Notes under the pieces: generated by a model
Databases searched by the model: none
Told to the model about the DNA's origin: nothing
Seen by the model: the letters and a program-made list of their open reading frames with translations, nothing else
Shown: positions 9,660 to 18,831 of the stretch, one piece after another
How the letters are laid out: every line of letters begins with the position of its first letter
How positions within the stretch are numbered: position 1 is the first letter of the stretch
Position numbers and translations under genes: made by a program
From: Hyphomicrobiales bacterium
Lineage (GTDB): Bacteria; Pseudomonadota; Alphaproteobacteria; Rhizobiales; Xanthobacteraceae
Reading direction: 5' to 3'
Length of the DNA: 64,000 bases
Assembly: GCA_013911975.1 (NCBI GenBank)
Contig: JACESF010000018.1
Span: forward strand, 453-64,452

Positions 9660-10421
9660 ATGGACATGCCGCGCAACGCCTTCAAGCAGGCGATCCTCGA
9701 AGGCCGGCAGCAGCTCGGCCTGTGGTGCACCCTCTCCAGCGCCTATGCGCTGGAGGTGGTCGCCGGTTCGGCGTTCGACTGGATGCTGCTCGACACCGAG
9801 CATTCGCCGGGCGACGTGCCGAGCGTGCTGGCCCAGCTCCAGGTGCTGGCGGGCCACCGCCCCTCGGCGGTGGTGCGCCCGGCGGCCAATGATGCGGTGC
9901 TCATCAAGCGCTTCCTCGACATCGGCGCGCAGACCCTGCTCATTCCCTATGTGCAGAACGCGGCGGAGGCCCGTGCGGCGGTGGCGGCGGTGCGCTATCC
10001 GCCGGACGGCATCCGGGGCGTTTCGGCGCTGACCCGGGCCACCCAGTTCGGCCGCGTGGCGGGCTATGCCCAGAAGGCGGCCGACGAGATCTGCCTGCTG
10101 GTGCAGGTGGAGACCGGGGAGGCGCTGGACGAGATCGAGGCCATCGCGGCGGTGGACGGCGTAGACGGCATCTTCGTCGGTCCCGGCGATCTGGCCGCCA
10201 GCCTCGGCCATGCGAGCGACCTGATGAACCCGCGCGTGGTCGCGGCGGTGGAAGACGCCATCCGCCGCATCCGCGCGGCCGGCAAGCCGGCGGGCGTCCT
10301 CACGGGCGACCCGGCCTTCGCCCGGCGCTGCATCGAAGTGGGCTGCGTCTTCACCGCCGTCGGCGTCGATGCCGGGCTCCTCGCCCGCGCGGCGGACGCG
10401 CTCGCGGCCTCCATGGCCTGA
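9660..10421 (+). CDS. hpaI: 2,4-dihydroxyhept-2-ene-1,7-dioate aldolase (HpaI/HpcH)
   Basis: 253 aa. NAFKQAILEGRQQLGLWCTLSS, FDWMLLDTEHSPGDV, VVRP..ND...IKRFLDIGAQTLLIPYVQNAAEA, VRYPPDGIRGV, VDGIFVGPGDL and VGVDAGLLARAADALA closely parallel E. coli HpaI. Confidence 0.88.
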   Translation: MDMPRNAFKQAILEGRQQLGLWCTLSSAYALEVVAGSAFDWMLLDTEHSPGDVPSVLAQLQVLAGHRPSAVVRPAANDAVLIKRFLDIGAQTLLIPYVQNAAEARAAVAAVRYPPDGIRGVSALTRATQFGRVAGYAQKAADEICLLVQVETGEALDEIEAIAAVDGVDGIFVGPGDLAASLGHASDLMNPRVVAAVEDAIRRIRAAGKPAGVLTGDPAFARRCIEVGCVFTAVGVDAGLLARAADALAASMA

Positions 10422-10448
10422 GCCGGGCTTCGCCGTCCCGCGTCGCCG

Positions 10449-11654
10449 TCAGTCCGGCGCCCGCGCCGCGCCATAGACGGCGTTCGGTACCTTCTCCATC
10501 CATGTCACCGAGCTTCCCTCGAGGGCCTCGGCGATTGCGAGATGGGTCATGGGCCGGTCGGCCGTGGCGCCGTGCCAGTGGCGCAGGTTCGGCGGGATCC
10601 AGACCACGTCCCCCGGGCCGACCCGCAGCGCCGGCTCGCCCTCTTTCTGCACCCATCCCTGGCCCGAGACGATGAACAATGTCTGACCGAGGGGATGGGT
10701 GTGCCATGCGGTCCGCGCGCCCGGCGCGAACGAGACCGTGGCGCCGCCCACGCGGGCCGGCGGCTCCGCCTGATAATGGCCCGACACCTCGACCGCGCCG
10801 GTGAACCGCTCAGCCGGACCGGCGGCGGGGGACTGGCCCGCGCGGACCACCTTCAGGTCCGCCTCGGGGGCCGCCTGCGGCCGGGCTGTCGCCTCCCGGC
10901 TCTCGAACACGCGCGCGATCACCGGCACCGCCGACATGGCGCGCGGCCACCCGGCATAGAAGGCGAGATGCGTCGGGATTTCCGACATCTCGGTGCGGCT
11001 GAGGCCGTTGTCCATGGCGCGGTTGGCGTGGAAGGGGAGCTGTTCCGGCTGACCCATGGCGATGAGCGCGGCCATGGTCACGAGGCTGCGGTCGCGGGCC
11101 GACAGGTCCGGCCGCCGCCACACCTCGCCGAACAGGACTCGGTTGGTGAGGTCGGCGAGCGCGGGCGCGGTGGGCGCGACGTTCGCATCGACGCTGGCGC
11201 GACGGGCCGCCTCGGCGGCGGCCTCGAGCGCGAGGCGCGGCGCCGGGGCGGCGGTCGCGGCGGGCGGGATGGCGCGCTCCTCGAACACCCGCTTCACCTC
11301 CGTCACCGCCGAAACGGCGTTCGGCCAGCCGGTATAGAAGCCGAGCTGGGTGATGATCTCGCCGATCTCTTCCGGCGTCACGCCGTTGTCCAGCGCGCGC
11401 CGGGCGTGGCTGCCGATCTGCGCGGTCTTGCCGGTGGCCACGAGGGCGGCGACGGTGATGAGGCTGCGGTCGCGCGGGGCAAGCTCCCGGCGTTTCCAGA
11501 CCTCGCCGAACAGCACGTCGTCGGTGAAGTCCCCGAGCCCCGGCGCCACCTCGTAGACGGCGGCCGGGGCCACGCGCTCGCGGCGCGCCTCCTGGGCTTC
11601 CGCGCCGGTGACGGCCAGGGTGGAAAGGGCGAGGGAGGCTGCGATCGTCTTCAT
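10449..11654 (-). CDS. Periplasmic tri-domain protein: carboxymuconolactone-decarboxylase (CMD/AhpD-like) x2 + C-terminal cupin
   Basis: ATG at 11654. Signal peptide [21 protein letters not shown]. Two CMD units ([23 protein letters not shown]...[13 protein letters not shown] and [23 protein letters not shown]...[12 protein letters not shown]). Cupin motifs follow ([22 protein letters not shown] ... [10 protein letters not shown]). Confidence 0.8.
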   Translation of the reverse strand: MKTIAASLALSTLAVTGAEAQEARRERVAPAAVYEVAPGLGDFTDDVLFGEVWKRRELAPRDRSLITVAALVATGKTAQIGSHARRALDNGVTPEEIGEIITQLGFYTGWPNAVSAVTEVKRVFEERAIPPAATAAPAPRLALEAAAEAARRASVDANVAPTAPALADLTNRVLFGEVWRRPDLSARDRSLVTMAALIAMGQPEQLPFHANRAMDNGLSRTEMSEIPTHLAFYAGWPRAMSAVPVIARVFESREATARPQAAPEADLKVVRAGQSPAAGPAERFTGAVEVSGHYQAEPPARVGGATVSFAPGARTAWHTHPLGQTLFIVSGQGWVQKEGEPALRVGPGDVVWIPPNLRHWHGATADRPMTHLAIAEALEGSSVTWMEKVPNAVYGAARAPD

Positions 11655-11738
11655 GGATGCACCTTGGTCTTGAGCGGGGCGCGGGCCCCCTCGGTTCGGG
11701 CCGGGATCGACGGTCTTGAGCGGCAGGCCGCGCACCCG

Positions 11739-12755
11739 TCAGACCCGCAGCAGCACCTTCACGGCGCGCCGCTCGTCCATGGCCCGATAGCCTTCGGCCA
11801 CGTCCGTGAGCGGGAGGGCGAGGTCGAACACCTTGCCGGGATTGATCTTGCGCCCGAGGACGAGGTCGAGCAGGTGGGGCAGGAACCGCCGCACGGGCGC
11901 GGGGCCGCCGAGCATGCCGGTCTGGGAGAAGAACAGCTTCTGCCCGTCCAGCGCCACGCCGTGGGGCACGCCCACATAGCCGATCATGGCGCCGGGCCGC
12001 GTGCAGGCGATGGCCTGCTCCATGGACTGGCTGGTGCCCACGCATTCCAGCACCGCGTCCGCGCCGATGCCGTCGGTGAGGTCCTTCACCACCGCCACGC
12101 CCGCCTCGCCGCGCTCGGAGACGATGTGGGTGGCGCCGAATTCCAGGGCGAGGTCCTGGCGTGCCTTGTGCCCGCTCATGGCGATGATGCGCGCGGCGCC
12201 CATCTGCCGGGCCGCGAGCACGCCCATGAGGCCGACCGCGCCGTCTCCCACCACCGCGACGGTGGACCCTTCCGTGACGCGTGCGGCATCGGCCGCATAC
12301 CAGCCGGTGCCGAGCACGTCCGAGGTCGCCAGCAGGCTCGGGATGAGATCGTCCGGGGGCACTTCGGGCGTCGCCACCAGCGTTCCGTCGGCCAGCGGGA
12401 TGCGCGCCAGCGGCGCCTGCGCCCCGGTCATGAACTCGCGCTGCCGGCACGACGACTGGAAGCCGAAGCGGCAATGGGGGCAGGTATTGTCGGAGAGGCA
12501 GAACGAGCCCACCACGAACTGGCCCGGGCGGACGGTGCGCACCGCGCTGCCCACTTCCTCCACGATGCCGCAATATTCGTGGCCCATGGCGAGCGGCGCC
12601 GTCACCTCGTTGAGGCCCCGGTAGGGCCACAGGTCCGAGCCGCAGATGCAGCTTGCGGAGAGCCGGATGATGGCGTCGGTCGGGCGCAGGATCTTCGGCT
12701 CCGGCACCTCCTCGCAGCGTACGTCGCGCGGGCCGTAGAGCATGGTTCCCAGCAT
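11739..12755 (-). CDS. Zn-dependent alcohol dehydrogenase (MDR superfamily)
   Basis: CICGSDLWPYRG, GHEYCGIVEEVG, the structural-Zn Cys cluster C..NTCPHC and the Rossmann motif VAVVGDGAVGLMGV. First ATG (12755) has a GAGAGGA RBS. Confidence 0.9.
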   Translation of the reverse strand: MLGTMLYGPRDVRCEEVPEPKILRPTDAIIRLSASCICGSDLWPYRGLNEVTAPLAMGHEYCGIVEEVGSAVRTVRPGQFVVGSFCLSDNTCPHCRFGFQSSCRQREFMTGAQAPLARIPLADGTLVATPEVPPDDLIPSLLATSDVLGTGWYAADAARVTEGSTVAVVGDGAVGLMGVLAARQMGAARIIAMSGHKARQDLALEFGATHIVSERGEAGVAVVKDLTDGIGADAVLECVGTSQSMEQAIACTRPGAMIGYVGVPHGVALDGQKLFFSQTGMLGGPAPVRRFLPHLLDLVLGRKINPGKVFDLALPLTDVAEGYRAMDERRAVKVLLRV

Positions 12756-12889
12756 GTGGCCTGTCCTCTCAAGGGTGCGTTCGCACGGGCGCATCGGTGG
12801 ACGCCCGCCGCGTCACGATCAGGGTAGCGAAAGGACACTGGTGAAATTAGCCGCTATAGATCGCATGAGGTCATGTCGGGATTTCATGA

Positions 12890-13783
12890 ATGCGACGCGA
12901 GGACCTGGTCGATCTCAACGCCTTCCTCATAGTGGCCGAGGAGCAGAGCTTCACCCGCGCGGCCGCCCGCCTCGGCACGTCGCAATCGTCCCTCAGCCAC
13001 ATGATGCGGCGCCTCGAAACCCGCCTCGGCGTGCGCCTGCTCACCCGCACCACGCGCCGGGTCGCCCCCACGGCGGCGGGCGAGCGGCTTCTCGGGACGC
13101 TGCGGCCGGCCCTGGACAGCATCGGCGCGGAGCTTCGGTCCCTGGGCGAGCTGCGGGAAAAGCCCGCGGGCACCGTCCGCATCACCACCTCGGACCACGC
13201 GGCGAACACCGTCCTGTGGCCGGCGCTGGAGCGGTTCCTGCCGCACCATCCCGACATCCATGTGGAGCTGGGCCTCGATTCCAGCTTCACCGACATCGTC
13301 GCCGAGCGGTTCGATGCCGGCGTCCGCCTGGGCGAGGCGCTGGCGAAGGACATGGTGGCGGTGCGCATCGGGCCGGACCTGCGCATGGCGGTGGTGGGGG
13401 CGCCGTCCTATCTCGCGGCCAACCCGGCGCCCCGCTCGCCCCATGACCTTGCGGCCCACAATTGCATCAACCTGCGCATGCTCAGCGGCGGCGGCTTCTA
13501 TGCCTGGGAGCTGGAGAAGGCGGGCCGCGCCGTGCGCGTGCGGGTGGAGGGGCAGCTCGCCTTCAACACCACGACCATGATCGTGCGCGCGGCGGAGGCG
13601 GGCTTCGGGCTCGGCTTCGTCATGGAGGACCAGGTGACGCGGCAGCTCGCGGAGGGGCGGCTCGTCCGGGTTCTGGAGGACTGGTCGCCGCCCTTTCCCG
13701 GCTATCACCTCTATTATCCCAGCCGCCGCCAGCCCTCGGCGGCCTTCGCGCTGCTGGTGGAGGCCCTGCGCTATCGCGGATGA
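12890..13783 (+). CDS. LysR-family transcriptional regulator
   Basis: MRREDLVDLNAFLIVAEEQSFTRAAARLGTSQSSLSHMMRRLETRLGVRLLTRTTR. Divergent from the ADH gene. Confidence 0.9.
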   Translation: MRREDLVDLNAFLIVAEEQSFTRAAARLGTSQSSLSHMMRRLETRLGVRLLTRTTRRVAPTAAGERLLGTLRPALDSIGAELRSLGELREKPAGTVRITTSDHAANTVLWPALERFLPHHPDIHVELGLDSSFTDIVAERFDAGVRLGEALAKDMVAVRIGPDLRMAVVGAPSYLAANPAPRSPHDLAAHNCINLRMLSGGGFYAWELEKAGRAVRVRVEGQLAFNTTTMIVRAAEAGFGLGFVMEDQVTRQLAEGRLVRVLEDWSPPFPGYHLYYPSRRQPSAAFALLVEALRYRG

Positions 13784-13804
13784 GGGATCGCCAAATCCCA
13801 GCCG

Positions 13805-14764
13805 CTATCCCGCCTGCCGCCGCAGCTCGCCCGGGGTGAGGCCGTAGGCGATCTGGAAGGCGCGGTAGAAGACCGAGAGGTTCTTGAAGCCGCAGGCATA
13901 GGCGATGTCGATGACCGGCGTCCTCGGCGTCCCGGTCAGCAGCCGCGCGGCCTCCTTCACCCGGATGGCGGCGAGGGTGCGGGAGAAGGACTGGCCGGTG
14001 GGCTCGAACAGCACATGCACCTGGCGCAGCGAAATGCCCAGCTCGCGCGCCACCCGTGTGGGCGACAGGCCCGGCCGGGCCATGTCGCGCGCCATGATCT
14101 CCCGGGCCGCATGGAGGAAGCCGGCCCGCAGCGCGGCGCGCCCTTCCGGGGTGCCTGCGGCGAGCCGCCCGCGCGCCATCAGGGCGAGGCGCGCCGCGTG
14201 CGCGACGTCCGCTTCCGGGTCCGCGATCGCCTCGTCCCGGCGGCTCAGGGCGCCGAACAGCGCCATGAGCGGGCGGGCGAAGGGGGCGCCGTGCGGCAGC
14301 TTCGCCGCCACGAGGTCGTGCGCCCGCGCATCCAGCAGGATCTCCCCGGAAAGCGGGATCTTCAGCATCCGGTACTCGAAGCCGCTCCAATATTTGGGCA
14401 CGGCGAGATAGGGCTGGTCGGAATGGCTGATGGTGAACGCGTTCACCTCGATGGCCTGGTGGGGCAGGCGGCCGGTATCGAGCCAGCCCGGCCCGCGCAC
14501 CTGGAGGCCGATGCACAGGCTGCCGCCCGGCCGGTTGGCGATATCCGCCTCCGTGCGGCTGATATGATAGGACGAGGCACGCATCTCGGAGACCACGGCC
14601 CCGCCGACCTGCCGGGCGGCGAAGCGGCCCTGGAAGTCGCGGCGCCGCTCGCGGTCCAGCTCGATGGTGACGCCGAACAGGCTCTTTCCCCGCACCTCGC
14701 ACCAGTGATCGAAGCGATCCTGGGGCCGCAGATCATCGGTGCTGAAGGTGAGCATGCGGAACAC
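13805..14764 (-). CDS. AraC-family transcriptional regulator
   Basis: C-terminal double HTH (LSPTRVARELGISLRQVHVLFE...IAYACGFKNLSVFYRAFQIAYGLTPGELRR). GTG at 14764, alternative ATG at 14755. Confidence 0.85.
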   Translation of the reverse strand: MFRMLTFSTDDLRPQDRFDHWCEVRGKSLFGVTIELDRERRRDFQGRFAARQVGGAVVSEMRASSYHISRTEADIANRPGGSLCIGLQVRGPGWLDTGRLPHQAIEVNAFTISHSDQPYLAVPKYWSGFEYRMLKIPLSGEILLDARAHDLVAAKLPHGAPFARPLMALFGALSRRDEAIADPEADVAHAARLALMARGRLAAGTPEGRAALRAGFLHAAREIMARDMARPGLSPTRVARELGISLRQVHVLFEPTGQSFSRTLAAIRVKEAARLLTGTPRTPVIDIAYACGFKNLSVFYRAFQIAYGLTPGELRRQAG

Positions 14765-14940
14765 CAGCCGAAAGCGCTATGCTGCACATATAGCGTTTTC
14801 GGTGTGGCGCAGCGAACATTCCGTTTGGTCAATGCGCCGCTCCGGGCGCGGCGAAACAGCCGCCCCCGCCGGTGGTTCCGGCCCGGACGACACCGGGACC
14901 GGTCAAGGGCGCGCGCGGCGCTCCGCCGGGCGCCGGCCGC

Positions 14941-15222
14941 TCACTTGCCCTTCCAGCCCGCCTCGGCGCTGCAGGCTTCCATGGTGCGCGGGTTGGCCTT
15001 CTCCCATTGCGTGATGGAGCGGGTCTCGCTGGACGGCATCTTGTCGTTCATGCAGGTGCAATAGGCGAGGACGACCGGCGCGGTCTGGCCTTCATCCTTG
15101 TTGTCGCTGACGCACTGGGTGATCCACTTGACGTCGTCGGAGCTTTGCTGGGCATAGGCGGCGCCGCTTCCGGCCGCCATCAGCACGGCGAGAAGCAGGA
15201 ATGGTCTGGCAATGGACGTCAT
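14941..15222 (-). CDS. Small secreted Cys-containing hypothetical protein (93 aa)
   Basis: ATG at 15222 with a GGGAGAG RBS. Signal peptide MTSIARPFLLLAVLMAAGSGAAYA, then 4 Cys in the mature part. No family recognised. Confidence 0.45.
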   Translation of the reverse strand: MTSIARPFLLLAVLMAAGSGAAYAQQSSDDVKWITQCVSDNKDEGQTAPVVLAYCTCMNDKMPSSETRSITQWEKANPRTMEACSAEAGWKGK

Positions 15223-15372
15223 TTGGCTCTCCCACGGTGTCGGCGCCGTCCGGCATCTGCGAACCGCCCGGTCCAGCATCAGTCTGCGACCGTGCCGCGC
15301 GGGCGTCTTCCCGCTGCGCGCAGGAAGTCGGCTCGCCATGGGGAAAGGAGCCGGCCCGGGCGGTCCGTCGCC

Positions 15373-16092
15373 TCAGCCGCCCAGATAGGCCCGGACGAGG
15401 CGCTCGTCCTCCAGCAAGGCGGGCCATCCGCCGCGCGGCACCTCGTGCACCAGCCGCCCGAGGGACATGACATAGCCCCGGTCCGCCACCTCGGCGATGA
15501 GGCGCACATTCTGCTCCACCACCAGGATGCCCATGCCGCGCCCCTTCAGGCGGTGCAGCAGGTCCAGGATGTGCTTCACGATCAGCGGGGCGAGGCCCGC
15601 CGAGGGCTCGTCCATCACCAGGAGGCGCGGGCGCAGCAGAAGCGCGCGGGCAATGGCCACCATCTGCTGCTGGCCGCCGCTGAGGAGCTGGACCGGCGTG
15701 TCGATGCGCTCCTTCACCACCGGCAGCAGGTCGTACATCTCGTCCGTGTCGGCGAGGCAGGGGGCGCGTCCGCTGCGCCCGCCCGCGCGCTCCGCCAGGG
15801 CAAGGTTCTGGCGAACCGTCAGCTCCGCGAACAGCGCCCGGTTGTCCAGCACGAAGGCGAGGCCGTCCCGGGCGCGGGTATGGCCGGGCGCCCCCGCGAT
15901 GTCGCGGCCGCCGAAGCGGATCGCCCCGCCGCCCGGCGGCAGCAGGCCCGCGAGCGTGCGCACCAGGGTGGTCTTCCCCGCCCCGTTGGGGCCCACGAGG
16001 CCGACCACCTCGTCCTCGTCCACATGGAAGCCGATATCCTCGATCACCGGCAGCGTGCCGTAGCCGGCGCGCACCGCCTCCATCCGCAGCAT
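15373..16092 (-). CDS. ABC transporter ATP-binding protein, LivF type
   Basis: Walker [10 protein letters not shown], signature LSGGQQQM, Walker B LLVMDEPS. GAGGAGG RBS. Confidence 0.9.
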   Translation of the reverse strand: MLRMEAVRAGYGTLPVIEDIGFHVDEDEVVGLVGPNGAGKTTLVRTLAGLLPPGGGAIRFGGRDIAGAPGHTRARDGLAFVLDNRALFAELTVRQNLALAERAGGRSGRAPCLADTDEMYDLLPVVKERIDTPVQLLSGGQQQMVAIARALLLRPRLLVMDEPSAGLAPLIVKHILDLLHRLKGRGMGILVVEQNVRLIAEVADRGYVMSLGRLVHEVPRGGWPALLEDERLVRAYLGG

Positions 16093-16102
16093 GGCGGCCT
16101 CC

Positions 16103-16864
16103 TCACGTTCCGAAATAGATCTGGCGCACCTGGGGATCGGCCTGGATCTCGGCCATGCCGCCGCTGGCGATGATGCGGCCGAAATAGAGCACGTGCGCCC
16201 GCCCCACGATGCGCAGGAACTCCATGTCGTGGGACACCACGAAGATGGTGAGCCCTTCCGCCTTGAGGGCGAGGAGCATGTCGCCGAGCGCCGCCGCCTC
16301 GTCCCGGGTGAGGCCGGTGGACGGCTCGTCCAGCATCAGCAGGCGCGGGGCGCCGGCGAGCGCCCGCGCGATCTCCAGGTTGCGCCGCTGGCCGGCGGTG
16401 AGCCGCGCCGCCGGCAGGTGCCCCACGGCGCCGAGGCCGAAGCGCTCCAGCAGGGGCGCGCTCTCCGCCCGGGCGCGCTCCACCTCCCGCCGGGCGCGCG
16501 GCCCGCCCAGGAGGCTTTCCACGATGCCCGAATGCATGCGCTTGTAGAAGCCGAGCGCCACGTTGTCCCGCACGCTCAGGCCCTCGAACACCTTCGGGGT
16601 CTGGAAGGTGCGCACCACGCCGAGGCGGCTGCGCTCCTGGACGGAAAGGCCGGAAATGTCCCCGCCCTCCAGCCGCACGGCGCCCGCGCTGGGCGCGAGG
16701 AAGCCGGTGGCGATGTTGAACAGGGTGGTCTTGCCCGAGCCGTTGGGGCCGAGCAGGCCGGCGATCTCGCCCCGGCCGATGCCCAGGGACACGTCGGCGA
16801 GCACCTGGAAGCCGCCGAAGCTGCGGGCGATGCCCGAGACGCAGAAGAACGGATCAGGCTGCAT
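16103..16864 (-). CDS. ABC transporter ATP-binding protein, LivG type
   Basis: GPNGSGKTTLFN, Q-loop RTFQ, LTAGQRRNLEIARAL and LLMLDEPSTGL. Confidence 0.9.
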   Translation of the reverse strand: MQPDPFFCVSGIARSFGGFQVLADVSLGIGRGEIAGLLGPNGSGKTTLFNIATGFLAPSAGAVRLEGGDISGLSVQERSRLGVVRTFQTPKVFEGLSVRDNVALGFYKRMHSGIVESLLGGPRARREVERARAESAPLLERFGLGAVGHLPAARLTAGQRRNLEIARALAGAPRLLMLDEPSTGLTRDEAAALGDMLLALKAEGLTIFVVSHDMEFLRIVGRAHVLYFGRIIASGGMAEIQADPQVRQIYFGT

Positions 16865-17855
16865 TGCGTGCCTCCCGGGCCGTGGCGGCGGCCGCCGCGC
16901 GGGGCTTGCGCCGCGCCTTCGCCAGAAGGCGGGTGCACAGGCCGGCGAGGCCGTCCGGGCACAGCATGACCACCGCCACGAGGGCGAAGCCGAACAGGAC
17001 GTGGTGGATCTCCCCGAACGCGCTGAGCGCCTCCGGCACCAGGCTCACGAACAGGGCGCCGGCGACGATGCCCGCGAGCGATCGGGCGCCGCCCACCACG
17101 GGGATGAGCAGGAACAGGATGGACCGCTCCACCGAGAAGCTCTGGACGCTGACGAAGCTGGCATAATGGGCGAACAGCGAGCCGGCGAGGGCGCCGAGCA
17201 CGGCGCTCGCCACGAACATCTTCACCTTCAGCGCGTGCATGTCGATGGCCAGCACCGCCGCCGCGTCCGGGGCGTCGCGCATGGCCTGCGCCGCAAGCCC
17301 GGTGCGGGACGCAAGCAGCGCCCCCACCATGGCGAGCGCCAGGGCGAACACGCCCCAGGCGAGGTAGTAGAAGCGCTCCGGCCCGTCGAGGCGCACGAAG
17401 CCGAGGTCGAGGGGCGGAATGCCGCCGATGCCGAAGGACCCGCCCGTCAGCCAGTCCCACTCGAAGAACAATTCCCCGGCGGCGATGCACAGGGCGAGGG
17501 TGGCGAGGGCGAGGAAATAGCCCCCGAGGCGCAGGGTGGGCCAGCCCACCAGGGCGGCCAGCGCGCCGCTCACCGTGACGCCCGCCAGCATGCCCAGGGC
17601 GGGCGGCCAGCCCAGCTCCACGCTGCCATAGGCGCTGGCATAGGCGCCGATGCCGTAGAACACCGCCTGCGCGAGGTTGAGGATGCCGCACTGGCCGAGC
17701 AGCAGCCCGACGCCGAGCCCGGCAATGCCATAGATGGCGGCGAAGGTCAGCCGGTCCACCAGTTCCACCGGCGCGGCCAGGGGCACCAGCGCCACGAGGA
17801 GGGCGGCGGCGGCGAGCGCCGCGTGGCGCCTGGAGAGGAGCGGGGCGAAGGCCAT
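16854..17855 (-). CDS. Branched-chain-type ABC permease, LivM type
   Basis: 333-aa polytopic membrane protein. Overlaps livG-type by 11 nt. Typical LivM-type motifs (G.LNLAQ..FYGIGAY). Confidence 0.88.
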   Translation of the reverse strand: MAFAPLLSRRHAALAAAALLVALVPLAAPVELVDRLTFAAIYGIAGLGVGLLLGQCGILNLAQAVFYGIGAYASAYGSVELGWPPALGMLAGVTVSGALAALVGWPTLRLGGYFLALATLALCIAAGELFFEWDWLTGGSFGIGGIPPLDLGFVRLDGPERFYYLAWGVFALALAMVGALLASRTGLAAQAMRDAPDAAAVLAIDMHALKVKMFVASAVLGALAGSLFAHYASFVSVQSFSVERSILFLLIPVVGGARSLAGIVAGALFVSLVPEALSAFGEIHHVLFGFALVAVVMLCPDGLAGLCTRLLAKARRKPRAAAAATAREARNAA

Positions 17856-17858
17856 GGC

Positions 17859-18746
17859 TCAGCCCCCCGCCCGCGCCGCCCGGCCCAGCAGGCCGTTGGG
17901 CAGCAGCACCATGACGAGGATCAGGACCGACATGGCGAACACGTTCTTGTAGCCGGAGGCGATGAAGACGATGCCGAAGGCTTCCACCAGGGCGATGAGC
18001 AGGCCGCCCGCCACCGCGCCCAGCGGGTTGGCGAGCCCGCCCAGAACAGCGGCCGCGAAGCCCTTGAGGGTGAGGGTGAGGCCCATCTGGTAGTTCACCT
18101 CCGTGAGGGGAGCGACGAGAATGCCCGCCGCCGCGCCCAGCGCGCCGCCCAGCGCGAAGGAGAGGGTGCGCATGCGGGCGGTGTCGATGCCGATGACGGT
18201 GGCGCCGTCCGGCTCCATGGCGGCCGCCATCATGGAGAGGCCGAGGGGCGTGCGGCGGAAGAACAGGGCGAGGGCCGCCACCAGCACGACGCCGGCCGCG
18301 ATGAGGAACAGGGCATGGACCCGGACGATGGCGCCCGCGACGTGCACCACCGCGTTGTCGCCCACGGCGGGCAGCAGGTAGGAGCCCCGGCCCGCCACGT
18401 AGAGGACGGCGGCGGACAGGGCCACCGCGAGGCCGATGGAGACCAGCAGCAGCGCCTCCTCGTCCGCCTTGCGGCGGATGAGCGGGCGGATGAAGACCAC
18501 CTCCATGGCGCCGCCCAGGAGCAGGCCCCCGGCGATGCCGCCCAGCGCCGCCAGCGGGTAGGGCACGCCCGCCGCGCCCAGGAGGCCCACGACGATGAGC
18601 GCGCCGATGATGACGAACTCGCCCTGCACCACGTTGACGGTGCGGCTGCCCTTGAAGATCACGGCGATGCCGAGCCCCACGAGGGCATAGACGAAGCCGT
18701 TGGTGAGCCCTGCGAACAGGGCCTGCATGAACAAGGCGACGGTCAT
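17859..18746 (-). CDS. Branched-chain-type ABC permease, LivH type
   Basis: ATG at 18746 after GGGAGG. MTVALFMQALFAGLTNGFVYALVGLGIAVIF and NVVQGEF are typical of LivH. Confidence 0.88.
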   Translation of the reverse strand: MTVALFMQALFAGLTNGFVYALVGLGIAVIFKGSRTVNVVQGEFVIIGALIVVGLLGAAGVPYPLAALGGIAGGLLLGGAMEVVFIRPLIRRKADEEALLLVSIGLAVALSAAVLYVAGRGSYLLPAVGDNAVVHVAGAIVRVHALFLIAAGVVLVAALALFFRRTPLGLSMMAAAMEPDGATVIGIDTARMRTLSFALGGALGAAAGILVAPLTEVNYQMGLTLTLKGFAAAVLGGLANPLGAVAGGLLIALVEAFGIVFIASGYKNVFAMSVLILVMVLLPNGLLGRAARAGG

Positions 18747-18831
18747 GCCTGCCTCCCGTTTGGGCGCGCGCGCCGGGGACCCGGCCCCGGGGCCGGCGTC
18801 GCGCACCGCTCTGTCTGGGGTGAAGCCGCGC

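Noticed and set aside
7830-10211. 793-aa minus-strand ORF
   Set aside because: It is antisense to the cyclase, hpaH and hpaI genes. It has no motifs and shows high-GC antisense composition.
10542-12827. 761-aa plus-strand ORF, and the 606-aa minus-strand ORF at 10810-12630
   Set aside because: These are the antisense frame and an alternative frame of the CMD-CMD-cupin and Zn-ADH genes. They show the compositional signature of non-coding frames.
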